Shown here piece after piece: positions 1 through 9,596 of a stretch of 64,000 nucleotides of DNA (the first letter of the stretch is position 1; each line of letters opens with the position of its first letter). Below the pieces are notes generated by a model that worked only from the letters and a program-made list of their open reading frames with translations, was not told the DNA's origin and searched no databases. Source of the DNA: a virus; IMG/VR virus record IMGVR_UViG_3300008267_000018, positions 1-64,000 of that record. One strand, 5' to 3'. A program made the position numbers and the translations under genes.

Positions 1-11
1 ACGGTCAATGG

Positions 12-785
12 GTGACAATCAAAGCTGGTTTTATTGATTTTCCAGATCTTTACACCTGCACCTGCTACTTAGTTGATCGTTGGTACAAAGACTACGGCAC
101 ATATAAAGGTGTCAACCGAGCCACAAGTAGGAATAACTGTGCTGATTTATTGGTCGTTGAAGGATACGCAACAGATCCTGCCTATGCGACAAAATTAATC
201 CAGATCATGGACAAGCAGCTTGGTACGCCAAGCAGTAATACCAGTGCTCCAGTAACATCTAAAACACTGTCAGTACCTTACTTCTATCAGTTAGACAACA
301 CATCTGGTACCGGTTACCGCGAATGTTTTTCGTCAAGCTGCGCAATGATTGCTGCTTACTACGGCAAAGTAAAGACTGATGATGAATATAATAAAATTCG
401 CGCAAAGTACGGAGACACGACAAGTAAAGATGCGCAGCTTGCCGCATTGCGCTCCCTAGGACTTCAGGCAACATTTATCACCAATGGTAATTCTTTGCTT
501 TTAGAAAATGAAATCCGTAATGGCAGACCTGTTGCTGTCGGTTGGTTACATCAAGGTAGTGTAAATTATCCCACTGGTGGCGGTCATTGGACTTGCTGCG
601 TAGGTTTTACGCCAGATGCATTCATTCACAATGATCCAAATGGCGAGGCAGATATGGTAAACGGCGGCTATGTCAGTAACTCCGCTTCGCGTGGTAAGGG
701 AGTTAAGTATAGTAAAAAGAATTGGTTGCGTCGCTGGGAATGCGACGGCAAAAATACAGGCTGGGCAATTATCGTATCAAAGTGA
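12..785 (+). CDS. Endolysin-like protein (glucosaminidase/FlgJ-like fragment plus C39-like peptidase); probably 5'-truncated by window edge
   Basis: GYATDPAYATKL glucosaminidase C-terminal motif; YFYQLDN..CFSSSCAM, GGHW and HNDPNG papain-like C39 motifs. Confidence 0.75.
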   Translation: MTIKAGFIDFPDLYTCTCYLVDRWYKDYGTYKGVNRATSRNNCADLLVVEGYATDPAYATKLIQIMDKQLGTPSSNTSAPVTSKTLSVPYFYQLDNTSGTGYRECFSSSCAMIAAYYGKVKTDDEYNKIRAKYGDTTSKDAQLAALRSLGLQATFITNGNSLLLENEIRNGRPVAVGWLHQGSVNYPTGGGHWTCCVGFTPDAFIHNDPNGEADMVNGGYVSNSASRGKGVKYSKKNWLRRWECDGKNTGWAIIVSK

Positions 786-942
786 AACGTAATAAAGATT
801 TAAGAATTCGCGTCAATATGTGCTGGGAAGTTGGCAACGAAAAAAGTGCGTAACCCTCAGTAAAGAAGAGGCTTACGCAACTAGGAAATGGGTAGAAGAC
901 AATGGTGGCGTAGTCTTCTGGACTCAGGTTTTACCTGATTGA
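782..942 (+). pseudogene. Small ORF (about 53 aa) interrupted by a one-base frameshift in an A6 run
   Basis: GTGA overlap with endolysin stop; MKRNKDLRIRVNMCWEVGNEK, then -1 frame KCVTLSKEEAYATRKWVEDNGGVVFWTQVLPD*. Confidence 0.4.
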
Positions 943-1691
943 TCAGCGTTGCTGTTTAAATATGTAATTGCGTTTTGCAGATTAGAAATATCATCAAAAA
1001 ATAAACCTAAGCCTGTGTTGCAACGAGAACAAAGCAGCCCTCTTACTTTACCTGTTTCATGATCATGATCAACACATAAAATTCCGACGCCTTTTCCTAC
1101 GCCGGGTGCGTGAGCTTCTGGTATTTTGCAAATCTGACACCTATGGTTTTGTTTTGTCAATAAATAACAATAGTCGTCAGGTGTTAAATTGTATTTTTTA
1201 AGATTAGCTTTTCGAATTCTATTTTTATACTTAGTTTGATTTTTAAAACCGCAGCATTTTTTGCACCAAGAGCCTACTTTTCCAATTTTTCTTCCTTTTG
1301 GTTCCGGTGAAAAATTTTCAAATGGTTGCGGAAGGTTGCAGCTACCACAAATTTTAATACTGTCTTGCGCTAATTCATATTGTGTTTTATATCTTATTGC
1401 ATTAACTTGTGCTTTTGCGCATTTGCGACAACCTTTTCCCGCAAGATGATTTGAAGCTAGCTGCGTAAATTCACCATGTTTTGAGCAAATAAGCGTAACA
1501 GGATTTTGTTGTCTAGTAAAAGTCGATAGTACCAAGGAGTAATCGTAGGTGCTACCGTGAATTTTTTTAGCTTTTTCAATAAAATACTTTGCTCTTTCCT
1601 CTTGACTTGCGCCACGAGGAGGGCTTTGTTTATACTTAGACATGGCCACACCTACTTTGTGGTAATCAAAACAGTGATGTTGCTGCATCAC
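924..1691 (-). CDS. Endonuclease VII-family homing endonuclease with N-terminal Zn-finger repeat
   Basis: CQIC..LCVDHDHETGKVRGLLCSRCNTGLG; N-terminal HG..YDYS..CSKHGEF. Confidence 0.85.
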   Translation of the reverse strand: MMQQHHCFDYHKVGVAMSKYKQSPPRGASQEERAKYFIEKAKKIHGSTYDYSLVLSTFTRQQNPVTLICSKHGEFTQLASNHLAGKGCRKCAKAQVNAIRYKTQYELAQDSIKICGSCNLPQPFENFSPEPKGRKIGKVGSWCKKCCGFKNQTKYKNRIRKANLKKYNLTPDDYCYLLTKQNHRCQICKIPEAHAPGVGKGVGILCVDHDHETGKVRGLLCSRCNTGLGLFFDDISNLQNAITYLNSNADQSGKT

Positions 1692-1709
1692 TGTTTTTTA
1701 TTTTAACAA

Positions 1710-1874
1710 TTAACGATCTTTAGCGCGACCAATTACTAAGCCTCCAATTTCAATTAACTTATACAGTTTGCGTGCAAACCTGTCATCACGAGGATTCGGG
1801 GTCAATGCACAAATAGCTGAACATGCTGCGTGAATGGCAAGAGCCACTTCGAAGTACTGGTTAAGATGTCCCAT
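1710..1874 (-). CDS. 54-aa hydrophobic protein, holin-like candidate (not in ORF track)
   Basis: Manual translation MGHLNQYFEVALAIHAACSAICALTPNPRDDRFARKLYKLIEIGGLVIGRAKDR; TPxPxDD after a hydrophobic helix, near endolysin. Confidence 0.5.
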   Translation of the reverse strand: MGHLNQYFEVALAIHAACSAICALTPNPRDDRFARKLYKLIEIGGLVIGRAKDR

Positions 1875-1901
1875 GGTTGTATCCAGTTTTTATTATTCTA
1901 T

Positions 1902-2324
1902 CTATAGTTTTCTCATAAGCATAAAACTGCGTTGTCCTGGATCATAATTCCAAACAAAATCTTCATGTTTTGAAAACCATCTGTGGTACATACGTGCTTG
2001 TTTCTCAGGTTTTACAGAGGCACAACGAAGACAAATCACGTCATCAATATCAATTTCTTCGAGCCATTCTTTTACTTTCCTGAGTCCCAAGGCCAATGTC
2101 CTAGGTCCTTCTTTACCTGTCATAGATAAATTCAACTGACGAACGCGTTTGTTCTTGCGTAGTTTTGCCCAGTCGTTGAGTTGCCTGCGGCTTTTGCTGA
2201 TTGCTAAGGTCGCAAGCCACACGTATCCGTTCTTGATATCGAGCCATGGCATCAGTCTCATCTGAAGCCAATAGCCATTTGCTATAGCTTTCGTAAATAT
2301 CTTCGGTTTTCTTTTGGGAATCAT
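1902..2324 (-). CDS. Hypothetical protein
   Basis: 140-aa ORF tightly packed in the operon. Confidence 0.6.
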   Translation of the reverse strand: MIPKRKPKIFTKAIANGYWLQMRLMPWLDIKNGYVWLATLAISKSRRQLNDWAKLRKNKRVRQLNLSMTGKEGPRTLALGLRKVKEWLEEIDIDDVICLRCASVKPEKQARMYHRWFSKHEDFVWNYDPGQRSFMLMRKL

Positions 2325-2327
2325 TCA

Positions 2328-2468
2328 TTAGTCCTCATAAATACGACACTCTCTAGCCCAGGGATTCTGCTCGCAGTATAGCTCAAAATTAGTTTTAGTC
2401 TTTGCAGGAATACGTTTAGGTTTAAGTTTAACTAACTTGGTTTTTAGCCAAGAATAAAAATTTGTCAT
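2328..2468 (-). CDS. cp12: CP12-like microprotein, C-terminal loop only (46 aa; not in ORF track)
   Basis: Manual translation ends FELYCEQNPWARECRIYED*, the CP12 YC-x8-C-x2-Y(E/D)D signature; ATGA overlap with upstream stop. Confidence 0.75.
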   Translation of the reverse strand: MTNFYSWLKTKLVKLKPKRIPAKTKTNFELYCEQNPWARECRIYED

Positions 2469-3202
2469 GGTTGAGTGGCCAGAGGAACTAATATTTCAGG
2501 GAAGGGAATCCCCTGCTGGTGCTCGCGTTGCCAGGCTTCATTCCAATCAGAAAGAGAATGAGCATGTAAATCGTTTTCTACGTAGCCCTCAATTGTGTCA
2601 ACCTCAATATAATCTTCGTTTTCATATAAGATATGAGCGTAATCCTCTAGCAACAGCTCAAATGTTGTTGTTGGAAACTCAACAACAAAAGCTACTTCAT
2701 AATCTACTGGCTCATTCCGAGTGGTTGAAATGCAAAGCATGTAGACACCTTGTTGCAACGGATAGTATTGTTGATTGCCTTTATTTAATTCGCCTGGGAT
2801 AGAGTTGTTGTACAGATTTGACTGTTGTCCCATGACATGAGCATTGAACGGAGTGGTTGTGTTGCCATCCACTTGTACCTTGATACTATCAGCATCAAAA
2901 ATTGCTCGACCCTCTATGGGATTTAGGTTTAAATCATAGACTGATAATTCAATATAGTTGGGCCTAGGCGGCCCTTTTTTTATGATCACCCAGGCAGGAG
3001 AAGCCAATCCAAGACTAAACCAATGGTTATACGTACCACCACCGTACCCACCATTAGAGTTTGCTCTTGTATCAGCTCTTCCCACAACCTGGTTGACAGG
3101 CCCCAGACTTCCTTTAAGGGAACGTACTGACAACTGATTAAACGTTCCCAAAAACAAAGGATTGTCTTGCGTCCTAAAACGTTGTGGTTGAGAAGAACGC
3201 AT
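2465..3202 (-). CDS. Hypothetical protein (beta-rich, possibly virion-associated)
   Basis: 245-aa ORF with TAAAATA element upstream. Confidence 0.6.
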   Translation of the reverse strand: MRSSQPQRFRTQDNPLFLGTFNQLSVRSLKGSLGPVNQVVGRADTRANSNGGYGGGTYNHWFSLGLASPAWVIIKKGPPRPNYIELSVYDLNLNPIEGRAIFDADSIKVQVDGNTTTPFNAHVMGQQSNLYNNSIPGELNKGNQQYYPLQQGVYMLCISTTRNEPVDYEVAFVVEFPTTTFELLLEDYAHILYENEDYIEVDTIEGYVENDLHAHSLSDWNEAWQREHQQGIPFPEILVPLATQP

Positions 3203-3230
3203 CAGCCAAATTAAAGCTATTAATTATATT

Positions 3231-4463
3231 TTACTGCTTGTTTTTTGTTTTCTTTTTATTTTTAGGCGCATCTGCCTTGATCCCAAGTGTTGATTGAAAT
3301 ACGTCATTAAACTGAGAAGCAACCGTATCCCATGCAAAACAAGGATCTGTTACGCGTTTGTAGCATGCTTGTGCAACTTTCTCAAGGCGAGGACGGTTTT
3401 CGTAAAGCTCGGCAAGCAGCTCTGCCAGATGATTATCGTCTGGGCATGGCATGATGCGACCAAAATTAGTATCCACATCTGCATGCAGCGAACGAATAAG
3501 TTCGCCGTGTCCATCAAAGATCTCTTTGCAAGAGGTATGATCCGGAACAATTTGAGCAACACCACAAGCCGCATGTTCAAAATTGACCAGGCCCCAACCT
3601 TCCCCTTTGCACGTATTAACGCCTACATCTGCGACGTTATAAATAGTGTTTAAAAGTTCTACAGAAACAGACGGCGGATGTGCGCCTGGTGTCGTCATAA
3701 TAATTCGATTGTTAGGATCTAGTCCTTGACGACTCATTTCACGTGCAAAAAGCGGCATGATATCCCAGCCTTGATCTTTTAGTCCCATGTGCAAATACAG
3801 CTTTGCATTGGGACGACCAATTGCAAATTTTGCAAATCCGCTAATAGTGATATCAAGACGTTTGCGAAATTGATTTCGATTACCATTGAAGACAATAAAG
3901 TCTTCAGCATTTAAGCCGAGTTCTTTTCGGCATTCGAGTTTATCCTTGGGATAAAACTGACCTGACGTTACGCCATGAGGAATAACGTGGATTTCTTTTT
4001 GAGCCCCCGCTCGAATTGTTTCATAAGCGCCAAAGTTTGTGTAGCAGATAGCTGCATCCCACTCGTTGAGGGTATCCATTAATCCGCCATACCACTCATA
4101 AGAATCCATTGGATAGTACCCAATGAATTTAAAATTTAAACTTGAGCGCAAATCTGCGATACGCCTCCATTGCTCATTAATAATCCAAACATCATTGATG
4201 GTAAAAACAACATCAGGCTTTACCCGTTCAACAATTTCGCGGATACGATCTTCGCCAAAGGGTGCGTGCTGGAATCGGTTAGACGCCGGATATAGCCGAT
4301 ACACTTCTTGTAAAGGAGTGTAGTCCCCGTGCCAGTTGCATCCCAGAACATGGATTTCATATTTATTTTTTAAACGCTCAAGCACATTCTCCGTTACACG
4401 GGCAAAACCCGTAGTCGCCACAATATCACCAATCCACAAAAGTTTAGGCTTTGCTGTTGCCAT
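3231..4463 (-). CDS. Glycosyltransferase family 4 (GT-B)
   Basis: TGFARV N-terminus; NRNQFRKR; EGWGLVNFEHAACG (ExxxxxxxE) motif. Confidence 0.9.
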   Translation of the reverse strand: MATAKPKLLWIGDIVATTGFARVTENVLERLKNKYEIHVLGCNWHGDYTPLQEVYRLYPASNRFQHAPFGEDRIREIVERVKPDVVFTINDVWIINEQWRRIADLRSSLNFKFIGYYPMDSYEWYGGLMDTLNEWDAAICYTNFGAYETIRAGAQKEIHVIPHGVTSGQFYPKDKLECRKELGLNAEDFIVFNGNRNQFRKRLDITISGFAKFAIGRPNAKLYLHMGLKDQGWDIMPLFAREMSRQGLDPNNRIIMTTPGAHPPSVSVELLNTIYNVADVGVNTCKGEGWGLVNFEHAACGVAQIVPDHTSCKEIFDGHGELIRSLHADVDTNFGRIMPCPDDNHLAELLAELYENRPRLEKVAQACYKRVTDPCFAWDTVASQFNDVFQSTLGIKADAPKNKKKTKNKQ

Positions 4464-4514
4464 TTTGACTTACTTAACTAAAACCACTATACATGTTTAG
4501 GAAACCGGTTGCAG

Positions 4515-5198
4515 TTAGTTTTCAGCTTCGTGAATGTCTCCAGCCTCTGGCACGTAAAGAGGGTTGGTAATCGCAAGCTTATAACTTTGCTTTAGTACAG
4601 GATCAATTGTTTTTTCTTGAAGGGCTCGACGATTAAAGAGCATCAGGCGTTCAGCGTTAAACTTGGTTTCAAAAGGAGAGATTATCTGCGGTGGCATATT
4701 TCTATTCCAACTGGACACTAGATGCAGTGGGTTGCAACAAGCTTTGTTACCGCAAAGCCTAGTGACGGGAAAAGATCCAACATCTCCCCAAGCGCACTGA
4801 TACACGGCTTTGTGGATATTTAAGTTTTCAGATTTTTGTTTGCTGTAACCAGAACGATAAGAAGGTAAGCAGATGCGTTTTGGTGCTTTGTTGTCTACAC
4901 CGATAACTGGCCAGCATTCCTGGAGAGCATTGACCGTAATTCCGTTCCAAAGGCGAGCGTACTTGGCTTTGTAGTCAGCATGGAGGTAGCTGACATCAAA
5001 CCCACAGACGTTGCTCAAGATCTTGCGAACGCATTCGTAGCACCAGTGGTGGGATGAGTCTCGGATGAGATGACCGTGAGCACAGGGGTAACCCCGGTAG
5101 TAACTGTGAGACTCAAGAATCTCATCGCTGAGATTGTGAATGTCATGCAGGTAACGAAACTCAGGGATCTCAGTGGGATTCGCAATGAGACGGGCCAT
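4515..5198 (-). CDS. His-Cys/HNH-like zinc-binding endonuclease-domain protein
   Basis: ECW, HKAVY..CGNKACCNPLHL motif. Confidence 0.6.
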   Translation of the reverse strand: MARLIANPTEIPEFRYLHDIHNLSDEILESHSYYRGYPCAHGHLIRDSSHHWCYECVRKILSNVCGFDVSYLHADYKAKYARLWNGITVNALQECWPVIGVDNKAPKRICLPSYRSGYSKQKSENLNIHKAVYQCAWGDVGSFPVTRLCGNKACCNPLHLVSSWNRNMPPQIISPFETKFNAERLMLFNRRALQEKTIDPVLKQSYKLAITNPLYVPEAGDIHEAEN

Positions 5199-5200
5199 GG

Positions 5201-5572
5201 TCAGAAGAGTTCAGATTTGGGGCAGTAGTTGTAGACAGCTGGTCCTGACTTGGGTTTCTTTTGATACGCAGTAGACAAGACCAGCTCCAGGCGGTTGTCT
5301 TTCCCTGGGTTTGCCTCCCCATGGATCACGTCACCACCAGTGGGTTCCTTGCCCGTCTGCAGGTACCAAACGAGTCTGTGGGCAAGGTACCGCTCTCCGT
5401 TGACACAGACCTTGTAGAAGCCTGTGGCCTGGTCGTAGGTACCAGCAGGGTCACCAACCTTTCTGTTCCTATGTGCCAGGCACCATTCCAGTCCAGAAGG
5501 AGTCTTGGAGGAGAGCTTGAGACGGCGCTTGAGCCACCAAAGCTCCGGAAAGGGCTTGTAGTTGCGTGCCAT
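5201..5572 (-). CDS. HNH endonuclease-like protein (degenerate)
   Basis: GDPAG..YLAHRLVWYLQTG..H....DNR. Confidence 0.6.
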   Translation of the reverse strand: MARNYKPFPELWWLKRRLKLSSKTPSGLEWCLAHRNRKVGDPAGTYDQATGFYKVCVNGERYLAHRLVWYLQTGKEPTGGDVIHGEANPGKDNRLELVLSTAYQKKPKSGPAVYNYCPKSELF

Positions 5573-5593
5573 GTGCAGACTTTGGGCCTTTTT

Positions 5594-5695
5594 CAGACAA
5601 TACCCCCTACTTTAATCTTTATCTAGGTTAAATCACAAAGATCCTTGGTTTTGTGATTTGCCTTAAGAGGGTTTGAAAGTGGGGGGTATTGTCTG
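5594..5695. repeat. About 100-bp imperfect inverted repeat, candidate origin element
   Basis: cagacaataccccctacttt / aaagtggggggtattgtctg (19 of 20 complementary) with inner aaatcacaaa / tttgtgattt. Confidence 0.8.
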
Positions 5696-5841
5696 TTTTT
5701 CCCTGCAATCTCTGCACCGACACCTGGGTCTCACCATAAGACACCAATGACACCAAGGGATCTCACGCACGCAAAAACGTGACTAGTACATTCATACCCT
5801 GCAGAGTTACTGCGTCTCAATTCAGTCTCAAGTTGAGACGA

Positions 5842-6195
5842 CTAAGCCTCTGGTGCGATAGACCGTTTGAGTTCCCGTTCGTTATAGGTTTCCGACTTGA
5901 GTTTCACACGCAAAAACTCAGCCGCCTTATGGGTGTTGGTGGTATCGCCACAGGTGTAGAGGTCGATTGCTGCATAGCCAATCTCTGGCCATGTATGGAT
6001 TGACGCATGCGATTCCGCTAGCAGCGCCAATAACGTCACACCTTGGGGCTTAAATTTTTCGCCAATAATCCTAAGGATTGTCGCGTTAGACATTCGGAGT
6101 GCTGTCTCTAACAGCTCCTGTAGCTGGGCATAGTCATCCAGGATCTCCGCGTCACATTCGTAGAGATCCAGGATTAAGTGGCGACCATCAGACAT
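5842..6195 (-). CDS. speD: S-adenosylmethionine decarboxylase proenzyme
   Basis: GRHLILDLY..LLAESHASIHTWPE..AAIDLYTCG; E-S self-cleavage site. Confidence 0.95.
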   Translation of the reverse strand: MSDGRHLILDLYECDAEILDDYAQLQELLETALRMSNATILRIIGEKFKPQGVTLLALLAESHASIHTWPEIGYAAIDLYTCGDTTNTHKAAEFLRVKLKSETYNERELKRSIAPEA

Positions 6196-8836
6196 CTTCT
6201 AGTTCAAGCTCATCCTCCATTGTCGCATTGGTATTCGCCTTTAGGTCTACCCCGTAAAACTCCTTGTATTTTTCTTTGTCGGATGACACCTCAACAATGG
6301 AAGGCCAACCTTCATATTTTGAGCTGGATTCCCGCACTGCCACATTGATTACACGCATGCCCCTGGTATTGCGCTTGCAATAGACATTGATTCCCAACTG
6401 GTGGGTGCAGATGTCAATAAAGAGGGGCTCAAAGCGACAGCGCGACATGATGCCAACGTTGCAGTTACGGCAAAACTCTGCATAGCTGGCATACAACCAC
6501 TTATCTTTGTTGGCGTACACATGGGAAGAACCCACGGGTGCATTCCTGGTAAAGCCAACAGCAGTACTGACATTCACATCAAACACAACCTTGTGCTCCA
6601 TCCAGTCCAAGATTGGATTAGACCGCAGGGTTTGCATCTTGCTGAACTTCTTGAAGAACGGTACCTTGTTCGCCGTATCCATCAAGTAGTCACGCATGTC
6701 ACTCTCATTCATATCCAGCAGCCAGTTCACCAACCCTGGCAGCAAGTGAGCAAACTCTCCCTGGGGTTCCCCCTTGGAATTGAACTTAATCAATTCTTTT
6801 TGTTCATTAGGCCCGCCCTGGAAGGGGCGGTCGAAAGGAATGGTGAGCCGACGACGTGACAAACCAGACGTATAGTCAGTTGTTTGAATTGCTTCGTTAG
6901 CAGTAACCATGACAACACCCTTGAACTGGAAGGGTTCTTGATTCTCATTCTGATACTTACGCTCAGAACGAATCCAGTCATTACCGGTGATTGCCTTCAG
7001 CCTTGATACGGAGCCACCCCAACGGTCTGCATCCTGGAACAGCAACAGTTTTTTACCCATATAGCTTGCAGCTTCAAAACGATTCTTCTCCAGATTCTCA
7101 AAGTCCGTTGAATAAACGTTCTTGCGTCCAACCAATGCCACTGCCAAGTTTGCATAGGTCGACTTACCAGATTTACCTGGGCCTACAATCTCAACAAACT
7201 TCTGGATCTCATAGCGACCAAGGAGTGTTGCCCGCAGCCATGCCCGCAGTACTTGCGTACGCTCCCAACTGTCGTGCTGTGTATGCTTCAGCCATTTAAC
7301 AATGTCTTCACATGTAGCAGAAGGGTCATACTCATAGGGCATCTGCTGCGTCAAATACAAATCCCTGGTAAAAGGCAGCAGTTCTCTTGTGTCAATATCG
7401 AGTACACCATTCAAGAACAGTAGGTAACTACCGTCTTCATACCAATCCTTGAAATAAAGCGTAGATTGCAGGTGCTCATACATGTCACCCATCATCTTAG
7501 AGTTGAACCCCGTCTTGACCAGATCAGGCATCGACTTCAACTTGGCACGGATATCGCCATACATTTCAATCTTGCTCAGCGGTGACCAAAGGCCAGGACC
7601 TTCGTGCTGATACATGAAAAATTGCCCATGCACCAAGCTATACAGCAGATTGCCCTGGTACATTTGCAGGAGCATATCCGCAATCACATCAGACGATGCG
7701 TTTTGTACTTGTTGGTCTTTCCCTTTCTTTTCCGTTTTTTCAGTTGCCAGTTGATGCTGCTGCCTCGGTTTCCGAGTCCGCTTCTTACCTACAGCAGGAG
7801 CATTTTCTTCAAGTAGTGCCATTACTTCCAGGTCCGGTTCAATTGATTCCAACAGAGTGGACACATGTTCAAGTGTCGCATCATCAACATTCATTGCCTT
7901 GTAGTCCTGAGAAGGTTTCCAGCCCTGCTCACGAGCCACATGAATCAGAGAGCCAAGGCCACGGCCACCCCCTTTGCTAAAAGAACGCCACCGTTTTTGG
8001 CACTCACCCTCCCGATATTTTTCCGATTGCTTTGACCATTCATCCCATTCATCCAGCAACGACTCATCCAATGAATGTAACGTCTGGCCAACTGTGATCC
8101 AGATGTCGTAATCATCTGCAGCTTCCGGAGGCATCCCCCACGTTGCCTCCACAGCCAGTTGCATATCGCGTTCCAGATCAACCCTGGATTGCACCACAAA
8201 ACCAGGACCAACCATCCGAGTTGTTTCCTGGGCCGGGACCCCCTGTTTAACATTTTTATTAATAATTTCAGTCAGCAACCAGTCAGGGAAATCAGGCAGG
8301 TTATCCACCCACTCAAACCCTTGATCCGGCGCCGTAAAATACCCTTCCGTTTCAGGGTGCAAACCCATCAACACGCCCTGGTGCTTACACCAAAGGATCT
8401 CAAGCTTCTCTTTATTTCCCTCAGCGTGCCAGGTGTACTTGTTACGGATAAAATGCTTCTGTTTATCGCGTGGTAACTTGTACAGCTTGCGTTCACGCCC
8501 TGGCTTACCGCTTTGAATCGTTAGCGTTTTTGGTAAAGCTTCATCGAACTCCAGAGAGGAGACAGAAGTGATGAGGTCGTAAACAGTTGGGCCGTCAACG
8601 TCAACCCATACGAAGCCATAAGGATTGTTATAGGCGGGGCCACCAAGAAGGCCAATCGCTTTGCAAGTTCCATTTAAAATTTCTTCTTCAATTTCACGCA
8701 CACTGAATGGCTTGTTCTGCCAGCCAGTCGTATATGGGTCTTTGTTTGCGCCTAGGGGGGTGAGCGGCCAGTCGATGGGAATGTATTCGAGCTTGATTTC
8801 GCCCGGTTTGAGGGCCTGCTGGTTCTTGCTGGTCAT
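6188..8836 (-). CDS. Primase-polymerase / PriCT-2 / D5-type SF3 helicase
   Basis: N-terminal prim-pol VDVDG; DYDIWITVG..WDEWS..W.SF (PriCT-2); Walker A GPGKSGKST; LFLNGVLD. Confidence 0.9.
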   Translation of the reverse strand: MTSKNQQALKPGEIKLEYIPIDWPLTPLGANKDPYTTGWQNKPFSVREIEEEILNGTCKAIGLLGGPAYNNPYGFVWVDVDGPTVYDLITSVSSLEFDEALPKTLTIQSGKPGRERKLYKLPRDKQKHFIRNKYTWHAEGNKEKLEILWCKHQGVLMGLHPETEGYFTAPDQGFEWVDNLPDFPDWLLTEIINKNVKQGVPAQETTRMVGPGFVVQSRVDLERDMQLAVEATWGMPPEAADDYDIWITVGQTLHSLDESLLDEWDEWSKQSEKYREGECQKRWRSFSKGGGRGLGSLIHVAREQGWKPSQDYKAMNVDDATLEHVSTLLESIEPDLEVMALLEENAPAVGKKRTRKPRQQHQLATEKTEKKGKDQQVQNASSDVIADMLLQMYQGNLLYSLVHGQFFMYQHEGPGLWSPLSKIEMYGDIRAKLKSMPDLVKTGFNSKMMGDMYEHLQSTLYFKDWYEDGSYLLFLNGVLDIDTRELLPFTRDLYLTQQMPYEYDPSATCEDIVKWLKHTQHDSWERTQVLRAWLRATLLGRYEIQKFVEIVGPGKSGKSTYANLAVALVGRKNVYSTDFENLEKNRFEAASYMGKKLLLFQDADRWGGSVSRLKAITGNDWIRSERKYQNENQEPFQFKGVVMVTANEAIQTTDYTSGLSRRRLTIPFDRPFQGGPNEQKELIKFNSKGEPQGEFAHLLPGLVNWLLDMNESDMRDYLMDTANKVPFFKKFSKMQTLRSNPILDWMEHKVVFDVNVSTAVGFTRNAPVGSSHVYANKDKWLYASYAEFCRNCNVGIMSRCRFEPLFIDICTHQLGINVYCKRNTRGMRVINVAVRESSSKYEGWPSIVEVSSDKEKYKEFYGVDLKANTNATMEDELELEDV

Positions 8837-9018
8837 GCTCGCTTCTGTTCCTTGAGTTCTACTTTAAAGTCTCGCGTGGGGTAGTACGTTTCTTTTGTCA
8901 CAACAAATGCATGAAGATGCATGGTGGTGGGCAGACAAAAACAGTCCCCGTCCGCCGCATTATCCATGAGGCTACGGAGCGTATTTATCCACTCACCAAT
9001 GGCCACGTGAATGTCCAT
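8833..9018 (-). CDS. Hypothetical protein
   Basis: 61 aa; ATGA overlap with primase start. Confidence 0.55.
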   Translation of the reverse strand: MDIHVAIGEWINTLRSLMDNAADGDCFCLPTTMHLHAFVVTKETYYPTRDFKVELKEQKRA

Positions 9019-9087
9019 TGGGTTGGAGATGAGACTTTTATTATCCTACGGGCACCAATCCAGACTGCCCTCAAATAATTCTATAGA

Positions 9088-9270
9088 TTACTTGGACTCA
9101 CCAGACACAGACTGGGATTTTTCAATTTCATCATCCCATTCTTTCATGATTTGATTGTAAGAATCCACCGGATCCCTGCCAGTCTCAATGCAAGACGAGG
9201 TTGCGACGGACCATGCAATACGCTTGCGTCTTTCCAAGGGATCATCAGTATTCCAGGGCATCACCACCAA
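9088..9270 (-). CDS. Hypothetical protein
   Basis: TAGAATAAA element and AAAGG upstream. Confidence 0.5.
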   Translation of the reverse strand: MVVMPWNTDDPLERRKRIAWSVATSSCIETGRDPVDSYNQIMKEWDDEIEKSQSVSGESK

Positions 9271-9413
9271 CCTTTCTTTTTATTCTAGATAATTTACTGG
9301 GGTTAAAATAAACAAATAAATAAATAAATAAGTCATGGCTAGCAAAAAGAACTCTTCAAAACCTGCGGCAAAAACTTTAAAGCTGCTATAATTAAAAAAA
9401 TAATATAAATATT

Positions 9414-9593
9414 ATGCCCGCTCCAAAGAAAAAAACACCTGCATCCAAAGCCAAAGCGGATGCGTCTAAAGCAAAAGCAGATGCCGCCGCCGCCGCCGCT
9501 GCAGCTACAAGAGCCGGAGCAGCGGTTACAAGAGCTGGAGCAGCGGTTACACGTGTCAATGCAGGACAAATTGCTGGTAAGTATGCTAGGTAA
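9414..9593 (+). CDS. 59-aa Lys/Ala-rich basic protein (not in ORF track)
   Basis: MPAPKKKTPASKAKADASKAKADAAAAAAAATRAGAAVTRAGAAVTR...; TATAAT upstream. Confidence 0.55.
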   Translation: MPAPKKKTPASKAKADASKAKADAAAAAAAATRAGAAVTRAGAAVTRVNAGQIAGKYAR

Positions 9594-9596
9594 TAT

